A stretch of 64,000 bases of DNA. Origin: an uncultured Methanosarcinales archaeon. GTDB taxonomy: Archaea; Nanobdellota; Nanobdellia; Woesearchaeales; JACPBV01. The DNA is taken from positions 28,301 through 92,300 of the forward strand of contig CAZBLF010000001.1 in assembly GCA_964492935.1 (NCBI GenBank). The letters run 5' to 3'. Each line of letters opens with the position of its first letter. Position 1 is the first letter of the stretch. A model generated the notes under the pieces. The model was given only the letters and a program-made list of their open reading frames with translations. It made no database searches and was not told the origin of the DNA. Of the stretch, positions 19,795-29,024 are shown in pieces. The position numbers and the translations under genes were made by a program.

Positions 19795-20300
19795 GCTGCT
19801 CTATGAGAAAAGGCATGTTCTAGTGCTCTTGCTTTTACTTCGGTTATGATTGGTTGTTCACCCTCATCAACTTTTATTTTCGGCTTTATTTTTGTATCGT
19901 AATACTTCAGAAATTGTTGCATGAATTCTTTTTGTAATTCTGGATCTGATTTCTCTAGAATTAATTGATATAATTTTCTCGAAAGTGTTCTTCCTTCCTG
20001 ATCTAGCATAATCATGCTCTCGATATTTTCTTCATTTCTTCCGATGATAGCTAAGGGGTTAGGCATAGGAGGGAATGCACTATCTACAATGGTGAGTATC
20101 TTGTCCTCTATCTCCATGAAATAGCAAACTGAATTGAGATGGGGATGTTCGGGATGATTTGTACTTGCTGCACCCATACGCTGTATTCTCTCTTCAGTGT
20201 AGGCAGGATCGCATATGGCGAGTGACTGTTTCTGATACAACGATTGGTTGATTTCTATCGTAATTTTTTGGCCTGCGTCTTTTTCAATTAGGTCAATCAT
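19791..20300 (-). CDS. Hypothetical protein
   Basis: 169 aa ORF, tightly packed against its neighbours. No motif was recognised. Confidence 0.4.
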   Translation of the reverse strand: MIDLIEKDAGQKITIEINQSLYQKQSLAICDPAYTEERIQRMGAASTNHPEHPHLNSVCYFMEIEDKILTIVDSAFPPMPNPLAIIGRNEENIESMIMLDQEGRTLSRKLYQLILEKSDPELQKEFMQQFLKYYDTKIKPKIKVDEGEQPIITEVKARALEHAFSHRAA

Positions 20301-20578
20301 GGCATCAAGGCTTTTTTGAGGAGTAGGGGTTGTTCAATCACTGGAGGATCTTCATGAGAAGTTTCTGGAACAGTATACCTTTGAGCGATAGAATGTGCTT
20401 GATTTCGTAAGTATTCTTCTATTTTCCAATCTCCTGAGTTTTTCCCTATGCCTAATCCTATTACTAGACATGCGATAGCGGTACTTACATAGGTTCCGCT
20501 AGATACTTTATAGTTGCCGAATATTCCCATCTTTTCTGTGATATTGGGCACTATATATAGTAATGTGTTCTTGGGCAA
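20297..20578 (-). CDS. Small membrane protein
   Basis: 93 aa with one hydrophobic helix (TAIACLVIGLGIG). Its stop and start overlap the neighbouring gene. Confidence 0.35.
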   Translation of the reverse strand: MPKNTLLYIVPNITEKMGIFGNYKVSSGTYVSTAIACLVIGLGIGKNSGDWKIEEYLRNQAHSIAQRYTVPETSHEDPPVIEQPLLLKKALMP

Positions 20579-20615
20579 TAGTTTTATAAATCAATTAGGT
20601 GTTCTTTAGCCTTGT

Positions 20616-20755
20616 GCGCCGATGGTCTAATGGCTACACGTTAGGATCAGAGATCCACTGGACTCTGGCACTACGTGCCATAGATGACTGTGGCCTTCCA
20701 ATGGTTCTAAACCAGACGAGAGCCGCCTATGTGGGTTCAACTCCCGCTCGGCGCA
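20616..20755 (+). tRNA. tRNA gene carrying ~65 nt of extra sequence (intron(s)); anticodon not resolved by eye
   Basis: The acceptor stem is GCGCCGA/TCGGCGC with discriminator A. The T-arm is GTGGG-TTCAACT-CCCGC. A TATA box tttataaa lies 26-34 nt upstream, and a T-run follows the 3' end. At 140 nt the gene is much longer than a mature tRNA. Confidence 0.55.
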
Positions 20756-20882
20756 TTTTTTCCGTCTCCATACGGTAAGTGGCTCATCTAATCCACAACG
20801 GGCTTCGTGCTCTCTTGATTTGTGGCCCTCTTCGTAAGATGGAGGCGGTAGATTTATATCTTAGTTCGTAGCTTATTTCTTT

Positions 20883-21581
20883 ATGTTGAGTATCATTATT
20901 CCTACATTGAATGAGGAGAAGTATTTGCCTAAATTACTTGATTCTTTGAAAAAGCAAACGTATACTGATTTTGAAATGATTGTGGCAGATCATCATTCTT
21001 CAGATGCTACGAAATCTATTGCAAAGGCAGCTGGTTGTAGGATTGTTGAGGGGGGTTTACCTGCACAAGGGCGCGCTACGGGTGCTAAGGTTGCTGCGGG
21101 AGAGCTGTTCTTTTTTGTGGATGCGGATTGTGTGTTGCGCGATGATTATTTGGAACGGGCTTTGGCTGAAATCAAGAAACGGAAACTTGATTGTGCTGGC
21201 GGTTCTATCAGTGCTTTGGATGGAAATATTTTAGATCGTTTTTATTTCAGTTTCTTTAATGGATGGGTGCGTCTGATGCAGCATATTACTCCCCACGCTG
21301 CTGGATGCTCGGTTTTTTGTAGTAAGGAGCATTACGACAAGATTGGTGGTTTTAATAGAACTATCAAACTGTATGAAGAGCATGATTTTGTGAGGCGTGC
21401 TGCGAAGATGGGCAAGTTCGGCATTCTTTCTTCTGTTAGGATTGCTACCTCGGTTCGGAGGTTTGTTGCTGAAGGGAGATTAAAGACAGGCATTAAGTTG
21501 ATGATTTCTGCATTATATCGGATCTTTTTTGGAGAGATCAAAGAGGATACGTTTGAATATCATTATGATTATAAGAAATAG
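20883..21581 (+). CDS. Family 2 glycosyltransferase
   Basis: The N-terminus LSIIIPTLNEEKYL...IVADHHSSDAT and the DAD motif in FFVDADCVL are GT2-A features. Confidence 0.8.
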   Translation: MLSIIIPTLNEEKYLPKLLDSLKKQTYTDFEMIVADHHSSDATKSIAKAAGCRIVEGGLPAQGRATGAKVAAGELFFFVDADCVLRDDYLERALAEIKKRKLDCAGGSISALDGNILDRFYFSFFNGWVRLMQHITPHAAGCSVFCSKEHYDKIGGFNRTIKLYEEHDFVRRAAKMGKFGILSSVRIATSVRRFVAEGRLKTGIKLMISALYRIFFGEIKEDTFEYHYDYKK

Positions 21582-24500
21582 CTAGACTTTCAGACTCACG
21601 ACTTTTGACATGCCGTGTTCGTTCATAGAAACACCATACAACGTATTTGCCATGTTGATGACGCCGTCTTTGTGGGAAATCATGATGTATTGTGCTCGCT
21701 CGGCGTACTTTTGGATGAGTTTTCCGAACTTTTCTGCGTTGTTCTTGTCTAATGCAGCATCTACTTCGTCTAAGATATAGAATGAGGCGGGTTCGTGCTC
21801 CTGGATGGCGAAGATGAATGCTAAAGCGGTCATCGTTTTCTCTCCTCCAGATAGAGATCTGATATCTAGGAAACGTTTGCCGGCCATTCGTACTTTGATG
21901 CCGACTCCGCCTTCGAAGGGGTCGTCTGGGTTTTCAACTTCTAGGGTTGCATCTCCTTTTGTTGATAATCTTGAAAATATTTCTTTGAAATGGGTATTGA
22001 CGGCATCGAAGCTTATTTTGAAAAGCTCTCGTTTTTTGCCTTCAATTTCTTCCATCATCGATAGGACGTCTTCGCGCTCGCCGCTGAGGGTTTCTTTCTT
22101 GCTGAGTAGGTTTTGGTATTCTTTCTCGACTTCGCCGTAGATTTCTAGCGCTCGCATGTTGACGCTTCCGATGTCTGCTTTCATTTTTTCGAACTTGCTG
22201 ATTTCATATTTGAGTTGTTCCTCGGTTTTGTTTTCAATTAGTTGAACGCCTTCATACTGGATGAATTCTTGATGCATGCCTGCTAGTTCTGAAGCGGCTT
22301 CGGCGTGTTTTAGAGATAAGGTGTTTTCCCGAATTTCTGTTTCTCGGCTGGAATCTGAGCGTTTCATGATATTTGCTTCTAGCTGGTTTTTTTCTTGTTC
22401 GATGAGCGTTCGTTTTTCGAAGAGTTGTCGGTACTTTGCATGAAATACTTTCGCAACTTTTTCTTTTTCCACAAGTGCCTCTTTTTGGGTGACTACCTCT
22501 TTGTCTAGATATTCTTGCTCGGTGTTGAGCTCGTCTTCCTCTTTTGCAAGACGTTCTTTTGTTTTCTCGGCTTTCTGTTGTTCTGGGCCGTGGATTTCAT
22601 TGATTTGAACATGTACGTTCTTTATGTTGGAATCTACCTGGGTGATTTCTTCGTGAAGTTGATTTCTTTTTTCTTCGAAGGTTGCTAATTCGGCAACTAA
22701 TTTGGGATCTCGTAGTTGAGAGATTTGTTCTTTGAGTTGTTGCTTTTCTATTCGGTTATCGGCGAGGACTTTGTTTTTTTCGGAGAGTGTTGTAAGAAGG
22801 GTTTCGATTTCTTGTTGTTTTTCACGCACGTTGGTTTCGAGGTCCTCTTTCTTGGTTAGCGTAGCATCGATGTCATGTGCTTCGAGATGTAGGCTTTTTT
22901 CTACCTTAATGATTTCTCCCTCTAGTGATGCCTTGTCTTGGCGTAATTTAGTGATGGTGTCTTCGTTCTCGTTGCGTTTATTTTCTATGATGGAGAGTGC
23001 ACTTTCATCCTCTCCTAATTCTGATTCTGCTTTTTCGATGTTGGTATCCATCTGTTTTTCGGAGAACTTGAGGTTGCGTGTTTTTTTGTGATAGCCGCCT
23101 GTCATTGCTCCGGAGCGGTCGGCGAGATCTCCGTCAAGGGTGACCATTTTTGCCTTTCCTATGCCTAGACGCCTGGCGACATCGATGTTGTCGATGATTA
23201 CAGTGTTATGGAAGATGTAGGAAAACGCACTACGGAGATGAGGATCGAATTGGATGAGATCTAATGCCATGCCATGGGCGCCTTGAGCATTCGCTATTTT
23301 CTTTGCTTCGGGGGCAGTAGGTCTCGATTGCATTGCGGATAAGGGTAGAAAGGTGATGGTTCCTAATTTGTGCTCTTTTAGGTATTTTATCAGGTGAGAT
23401 GCTACTTTATCGTTTTCAACGATGATGCTTTTCATGCGTTGTCCTGCGGCTTTTTCTAAAGCGGTTGCGTATTTTGCATCTACGTTTCCGAGTTCGAATA
23501 CCGTCCCGAGAATACCTGGATTTTTTTCTTTGAGCTCTAAAATACGTTCCATTGCAGGATTGAGTTTTGTGGTTTCCTTGATTTGTGCGGCACGTGCCTC
23601 TAGTTTTGCGAGATCTTCTCTTTTTGCCCCAATGTCTTTTCTTTTCTTTGCAATTTTTGCTACCAATTCTCCATCCTCATTGAGACAGGTATTGAGTTCT
23701 AGCGTTGCATCTTTGAATTGCTTTCTTTTTGATTTGAGATCATTGATTTCTTGCTTGTGTTCTTTCTCTAATTCTTCAACTTTAGCAATTTGTTCGTCGA
23801 GATTGTTGATGGAATGTTCGAGAACATCTTTTTCTCGGATAAGATTGTGCTGTTTTTCTCTCAGGGATTGAGATTCTTGCTGGAGTGCTTCGGCTTCACG
23901 GTCAATCGTCTCTATCTTCTGTTCGACATCGGCCATGTCATCGAGTTTGTTTTTATTTCTAAATTCGTTAATCTTTTCGATAATAGCGTTGCGTTCCTGA
24001 TCTAGTTTTGTTTTTTGTTCCTTCTGTTCCTTTTCCTGATTTCGTAGCTCTGCTATTTTCTCCTCGGTATCGGAGGAGGATTCTTTTAATTCGCTTCTTT
24101 GTTTTGAGACTCGTTCTAAATCGTTTGTGATGGTTTCAATCCGGGTTTTCTTTTTCACCAGCTCAATTTTTAGATCTTCGATGTCTCGATTGAGTGTTAC
24201 CTGCTCGACTTCTCCTTTTTCTTCGATTTCTTTTCCAATTGCCTGAATTTCTTCCTTTTTTTGTGTTATCTGGGAGCGATAGGATTGGAGTTTTTCATTG
24301 ATTCCCTTTAGCTCGGTTTTTGTTTTTTCCAGATCTTCCTGAAGCTTTTTCTTGTCGCTCTCTTTTGAGGAGATTTGTTTGTTTAGTAAGGTTGCTGAAT
24401 TTTGAGATACCTTATTTTCCATGTCCTTGAATTTCTGAGCTTGATCACGATCTTTTTTTAATTCTCTTAAGTAGGTGTTACGTTCTGCTAGCACGATTTC

Positions 24501-25076
24501 TGCTTCTTTGAGTCTTTCTTCTACTTTGTCTAATTGTGAAACTGCTTTTTGCTTCTTTTCTTCATATGAAGAGATACCTGCGATTTCCTCTACTAATTGT
24601 CTGCGTTCTACGGGCGGCATCTCTACAAATCTGACGATGTCTCCCTGGAGGATGATGTTATATCCATCGGGATTGATTTTTGCTAGTCCCAGTAGATCGA
24701 TCATTTCCTGTCTTGTTCTGACTTTATCATTGATTTTGTAGATGGATTGTCCGTTTTGTCGTACAATTCTAGAAATTTTTACTTCTGGGTCTGGGGTGGG
24801 GAAGATCTTGTTGCTGTTGTCGAAATAAATGGAGACCTCTCCTTCTTTGCCGGGGCTTTTTTGTTTTCCACCGTTGTATATTAAGTTAGCTGACTTTTCT
24901 GCTCGCATGGATTTTGCAGAGGATTTTCCGAGAACGAAGCATAAACTGTCTAGGATGTTGGATTTTCCTGAACCATTCGGCCCGATGACTGAGTTAAAGT
25001 CCTTACCGAATACTAATTCGGTGTGTTTTGCGAAGCTTTTGAAGCCCCGCATCACCATCTTGTTGATTCTTGTCAT
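21582..25076 (-). CDS. smc: Chromosome segregation protein SMC
   Basis: 1164 aa. It has the Walker A motif GPNGSGKSN, long coiled coils, a hinge, and the C-terminal LSGGEK signature and Walker B motif. Confidence 0.95.
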   Translation of the reverse strand: MTRINKMVMRGFKSFAKHTELVFGKDFNSVIGPNGSGKSNILDSLCFVLGKSSAKSMRAEKSANLIYNGGKQKSPGKEGEVSIYFDNSNKIFPTPDPEVKISRIVRQNGQSIYKINDKVRTRQEMIDLLGLAKINPDGYNIILQGDIVRFVEMPPVERRQLVEEIAGISSYEEKKQKAVSQLDKVEERLKEAEIVLAERNTYLRELKKDRDQAQKFKDMENKVSQNSATLLNKQISSKESDKKKLQEDLEKTKTELKGINEKLQSYRSQITQKKEEIQAIGKEIEEKGEVEQVTLNRDIEDLKIELVKKKTRIETITNDLERVSKQRSELKESSSDTEEKIAELRNQEKEQKEQKTKLDQERNAIIEKINEFRNKNKLDDMADVEQKIETIDREAEALQQESQSLREKQHNLIREKDVLEHSINNLDEQIAKVEELEKEHKQEINDLKSKRKQFKDATLELNTCLNEDGELVAKIAKKRKDIGAKREDLAKLEARAAQIKETTKLNPAMERILELKEKNPGILGTVFELGNVDAKYATALEKAAGQRMKSIIVENDKVASHLIKYLKEHKLGTITFLPLSAMQSRPTAPEAKKIANAQGAHGMALDLIQFDPHLRSAFSYIFHNTVIIDNIDVARRLGIGKAKMVTLDGDLADRSGAMTGGYHKKTRNLKFSEKQMDTNIEKAESELGEDESALSIIENKRNENEDTITKLRQDKASLEGEIIKVEKSLHLEAHDIDATLTKKEDLETNVREKQQEIETLLTTLSEKNKVLADNRIEKQQLKEQISQLRDPKLVAELATFEEKRNQLHEEITQVDSNIKNVHVQINEIHGPEQQKAEKTKERLAKEEDELNTEQEYLDKEVVTQKEALVEKEKVAKVFHAKYRQLFEKRTLIEQEKNQLEANIMKRSDSSRETEIRENTLSLKHAEAASELAGMHQEFIQYEGVQLIENKTEEQLKYEISKFEKMKADIGSVNMRALEIYGEVEKEYQNLLSKKETLSGEREDVLSMMEEIEGKKRELFKISFDAVNTHFKEIFSRLSTKGDATLEVENPDDPFEGGVGIKVRMAGKRFLDIRSLSGGEKTMTALAFIFAIQEHEPASFYILDEVDAALDKNNAEKFGKLIQKYAERAQYIMISHKDGVINMANTLYGVSMNEHGMSKVVSLKV

Positions 25077-25191
25077 TCCTAGTGAAATCTCCCCTTACTC
25101 GTACTATTGAGAAATGGTTAATAAATGTTGTGGAAATCTGAGCTCTCTCCCAAGACTCGCTTGGCTCGGATTAGCAGCTTCGAAATCTGAG

Positions 25192-26613
25192 CTATGCCCA
25201 GCGTATCTCTACGTGGTCGATTGTTTTTTCTAGAATTTGTTTATAGTGTTTGATTTCGGATTCGGTTTGATGCCGTTGTTTTGCGATTTTAGGATTGATC
25301 ATGGTTTTGGTTGCTTTGAATTGCTGAAGGAAGAGGTGTTTTGCCCCTTTAATCCATTCTCCCATTGCTTTTATGTCTTCGAGGGTTGTGGTTCCTGGAA
25401 TGATGGTGGTGCGGAACTCATAAGGTATCTTTCCGTCTTGCAATAGCCGTATTGTTCGTTTTATTTTATCTAGTGGCACTTTAGTTTGGGTAACGTGATC
25501 GTACTTTTCTTGTGAGCTTTTGATGTCCATTGCGACATAGTCTATGGATTTAGTTTTAAGTAAGTCTTCAACCATGTCTGGATTGGTGCCATTCGTGTCG
25601 AGTTTTATTTCATATCCTAGCCCTCTTATTTTATTGATAAATTCAGGTAGCTTTTTGTGGATGGTGGGTTCGCCCCCGGTAATACACACCGCATCCAGGA
25701 CATTTTTTCTTTTAGCAAGGAATTGAAGGATATCGTTTTCATCAAATGACGGCAGGCTATTATGGTTTACGGCAAGATCTTTGTTGTAACAGTAGCTGCA
25801 GCGCATATTGCAACCCCCTAGGAAGATGGTTGCACAAATTTTCCCGGGATAGTCTACAAGGGACGTTTTTTGGAAGCCTTTGATCATTTTTGAGAGACTG
25901 ATATCGGGACAGGTGTTCCTTTCTGATGTATTAGTTTCTTTTGCTTTATTGACCGTCATGTTCTCTTTGGGGTAGGTATCCTTTATCAGGGATGCTATCT
26001 GTTCCATGATTTCAGTGGTGGCTTTTCGTAGTGTTTCTGGTGAATCTTGCGTTTTTTGATATTTGCTTAGATCAAGCGGTTTACCCATGAAGAGGTCTGC
26101 TTTTTTTAATCGAGGTATTCTTTTCCATCTAGGAAGAATTTCAAACGTTCCTTGTACGCCTAATGGTATTACTGGAACGTTTGCTGCTAGAGCTAGACGT
26201 GCAACTCCCGTTTTTGCTCGTTGTAGTTTTCCATTAAAGGAACGAGTTCCTTCTGGATAGATTACAATGATTTTACCTTCCTTGAGCGCTTTGATTGCCC
26301 AGGTAAGCGCTTCCTTACCACCTGCTTGACGGTCTATTGGAATTGCACCTCCCCAGGAATGGAATGCTTTCTTTATGGGGTTATCAAAGAGTTCTTTTTT
26401 TGCTAGGAAATTGGGAGTGTAACCGAGATGTTTTACCAGTGTCATCCAGATTATTCCGTGATCGATGTAGCTATTGTGATTTGCTGCGACAATATAGCCT
26501 CCTGATTTTGGAAGATTGTCGATGCCCTTTACGTTTCCTAGAAATATCCTAAAGAAAGAACTGACTAGGAAAATGAAGCACTTTTTTGCTAGCGATGTCC
26601 TTATCTTTTTCAT
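25192..26613 (-). CDS. Fusion ORF: N-terminal PlsC-type lysophospholipid acyltransferase domain plus C-terminal NrdG-type radical-SAM activase domain
   Basis: The N-terminal half has the HxxxxD motif AANHNSYIDHGII and the EGTRS motif of PlsC/LPLAT. The C-terminal half has DYPGK...GGCNMRCSYCYN...ITGGEPT, an NrdG/PflA-type activase signature. It is a single frame with no stop, directly downstream of nrdD. Confidence 0.75.
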   Translation of the reverse strand: MKKIRTSLAKKCFIFLVSSFFRIFLGNVKGIDNLPKSGGYIVAANHNSYIDHGIIWMTLVKHLGYTPNFLAKKELFDNPIKKAFHSWGGAIPIDRQAGGKEALTWAIKALKEGKIIVIYPEGTRSFNGKLQRAKTGVARLALAANVPVIPLGVQGTFEILPRWKRIPRLKKADLFMGKPLDLSKYQKTQDSPETLRKATTEIMEQIASLIKDTYPKENMTVNKAKETNTSERNTCPDISLSKMIKGFQKTSLVDYPGKICATIFLGGCNMRCSYCYNKDLAVNHNSLPSFDENDILQFLAKRKNVLDAVCITGGEPTIHKKLPEFINKIRGLGYEIKLDTNGTNPDMVEDLLKTKSIDYVAMDIKSSQEKYDHVTQTKVPLDKIKRTIRLLQDGKIPYEFRTTIIPGTTTLEDIKAMGEWIKGAKHLFLQQFKATKTMINPKIAKQRHQTESEIKHYKQILEKTIDHVEIRWA

Positions 26614-26922
26614 GATTCTAGAGTGTGCAGGGAGCGTGACTTTCTGTGGTCAGCACCTTTTGCACTGCGAGAAAAATGTTGTAGGCATTATTCAAGGGTC
26701 GATATTGACAATCTTTAGGGGGATTGTTAATCCCTTCAACCGAAGGCAAATACCAGGACCATGAGTAGAATATGGCCATCTGCTTAAATTACTTGGCAAT
26801 TGCTACTGTTTTTACCGTGAAGGTTTTTCTATGTGAAAATTCTTCTTTTTTCCCGTCATTCCAATTTGCTACTGGTCTGAAATAGCCAACAACTCTTGAA
26901 TATACTTCGCAAGGTATCTCCA

Positions 26923-28932
26923 TTATGCACTCACCTCTGTCTCTTTTGATTTTCCGAACTGTTTGATTTCGTCTTTGTTATGTTCTTTAGGACAGGTTGC
27001 GTGTTCTCCAGAGAGGTATCCGTGTACGGGACAGATGCTAAATGTAGGAGTTAGGGTGAAATAGGGTAGTTTGTAGTTGGTTGCTATCTTTTTTACTAGG
27101 CTTCGCGCTACCTTCCAGTCGTTTATTTTCTCTCCTAGGAATCCATGCAGAACGGTTCCTCCCGTATACTTGCATTGCAATTCATCCTGGTGATCGAGTG
27201 CTTCGAAGATGTCATTGGTATGGTTTACCGGCAGCTGGGAGGAATTGGTGTAGAATGGTCTTGCTTTTCCCGAGGTAATGATGTTTGGAAACTGGCTTTT
27301 GTCGTGTTTTGCTAGGCGAAAGGCGGTTCCTTCTGCAGGTGTGGCTTCAAGATTATAGATATTTCCGGTTTGTTCCTGGAAGTCTTGTAGCTTTTTTCTC
27401 ATGAAGTCAAGCACTTGTATTGCGAAGGTGCGTCCTTGAGTGTGAGTGATGTCTTTTCCAAGTGCGTTGAGGCAGCATTCATTCATGCCGCAGATTCCTA
27501 CAGTAGAGAAATGGTTTTTTACCGTTTCGAGGTAGCGCTTACTAAACGGCAGGAGACCTTGATCCATATTTTTCTGTACCTCTTTTCTCTTGATTTCGAG
27601 TGATTCCTTTGCTAGAATCATTAAATGCTCTAGACGTTCGAAGAAATCCTTTTTGCTTGTAGCAAGGTAGCTTATCTTTGGGAGATTGATGGTGACCACG
27701 CCAATCGATCCGGTTTGTTCGCCTGATCCGAAGAGGCCGCCAGTTTTACTTTTTAATTCGCGAATGTCTAATTGAAGGCGACAGCACATCGAACGTACAT
27801 CGCTGGGATTGAGAGATGAATTGATGAAGTTCTGGAAGTAGGGAGTGCCATATTTTGAGGTCATCTGGAAGAGAAGTTTGGAATTGTCGGTATCCCAGTC
27901 GAATTCCTTGGTGATGTTATAGGTGGGAATGGGGAAGGTAAATATGCGATCATCCATATCTCCCTCTAACATGACTTCGATGAATGCTTTATTGATGAGA
28001 TCCATTTCTGCTTGGCATTCTTTGTAGAAGAATTCTTGTTGTTTACCTGCAACTACTGCTTTTTGTCCGCCTATTTCAGGTGGGACGGTCCAGTCCATGG
28101 TGAGATTGGTGAAGGGAACTTGATTTCCCCAGCGAGAGGTTTGATTTATTGCGAAGACGAATTCTTGCATTCCTTGCTTAACTTGTGCATAGTTGAGTTT
28201 ATCGTTCCTTACTAAAGGAGCAAGATAGGTGTCGAAGCTGCTGAATGCCTGTGCGCCGGCCCATTCGTTTTGGAGTGTTCCGAAGAAATTGACTATTTGC
28301 CCTAGTGCTGCATTGAAATGTTTTGCAGGTTTTGCTGAAACTTTTCCGGGAACTCCATTGAAGCCCTCTTCCAGGAGCTTTCTTAACGACCAACCTGCAC
28401 AGTATCCTCCAAAGGTGCCGAGACTGAGATCGTGGATATGGAGATCTGCGTTTCGATGTGCGTTTGATACTTCGGCAGGGTAGATGGTGTTGAGTGTATA
28501 TTCTGCAATAATTGCTCCGGAGATATGTGCTTGTAATCCGGATACTGCGTAGCCAGCGTTGCTATTTTCCTTGACGCGCCAGTTGTTTTGGTTGACATAG
28601 CCCTTGACTACACCATCGATCTTTTCTAAGAAAGCACGTGTTTTTCGAATATCTTTTCGTTTCTGTCGGTATAGGATGTAGGTTTTCGCAGTTTTTGCAT
28701 GTCCTGTTTTCATCAGGACTTTTTCTACGGTGTCCTGGATGTGTTCTACGTCAGGAACCTCTTTTTTGAAGAGCTCCTTTTTGAGTTCGTCCATTACTAG
28801 AGCGGTGAGCTGCTTTGCGGTTCGTTCATCTGATCCGCCTACGGCTTCAGCTGCATTGAAGATTGCTTTTTCTATCTTTTCTTTGTTAAAGGAGACTACG
28901 GTCCCATCTCTTTTCTTGACTTTTTCAACCAT
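26923..28932 (-). CDS. nrdD: Anaerobic ribonucleoside-triphosphate reductase (class III)
   Basis: An N-terminal ATP cone (VKKRDGTVVSFNKEKIEKAIF), a large catalytic core, and a C-terminal glycyl-radical/Zn region (FSICPVHGYLSGEHATCP). The start was set at ATG 28932. Confidence 0.9.
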   Translation of the reverse strand: MVEKVKKRDGTVVSFNKEKIEKAIFNAAEAVGGSDERTAKQLTALVMDELKKELFKKEVPDVEHIQDTVEKVLMKTGHAKTAKTYILYRQKRKDIRKTRAFLEKIDGVVKGYVNQNNWRVKENSNAGYAVSGLQAHISGAIIAEYTLNTIYPAEVSNAHRNADLHIHDLSLGTFGGYCAGWSLRKLLEEGFNGVPGKVSAKPAKHFNAALGQIVNFFGTLQNEWAGAQAFSSFDTYLAPLVRNDKLNYAQVKQGMQEFVFAINQTSRWGNQVPFTNLTMDWTVPPEIGGQKAVVAGKQQEFFYKECQAEMDLINKAFIEVMLEGDMDDRIFTFPIPTYNITKEFDWDTDNSKLLFQMTSKYGTPYFQNFINSSLNPSDVRSMCCRLQLDIRELKSKTGGLFGSGEQTGSIGVVTINLPKISYLATSKKDFFERLEHLMILAKESLEIKRKEVQKNMDQGLLPFSKRYLETVKNHFSTVGICGMNECCLNALGKDITHTQGRTFAIQVLDFMRKKLQDFQEQTGNIYNLEATPAEGTAFRLAKHDKSQFPNIITSGKARPFYTNSSQLPVNHTNDIFEALDHQDELQCKYTGGTVLHGFLGEKINDWKVARSLVKKIATNYKLPYFTLTPTFSICPVHGYLSGEHATCPKEHNKDEIKQFGKSKETEVSA

Positions 28933-29024
28933 ATCTTTATTCTCAAATTCTGACTTATAAATGTGATGGTTAATGGTTACCATTGATGGAAACCTTTTTA
29001 TACTTCTGGTGGGTGGTTGTAACT

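Noticed and set aside
20756-20882. Possible hairpins (ccatacggtaagtgg ... ccctcttcgtaagatgg) downstream of the tRNA at 20616.
   Set aside because: Complementarity is only partial and discontinuous. The stretch is more simply the promoter and 5' region of the glycosyltransferase gene.
25192-26613. An alternative reading of the 473-aa ORF as two overlapping genes, plsC plus nrdG with an internal Met start.
   Set aside because: Both domains are in the same frame with no stop, and there is no RBS or TATA before the internal Met. It is kept as a fusion pending read-level verification.
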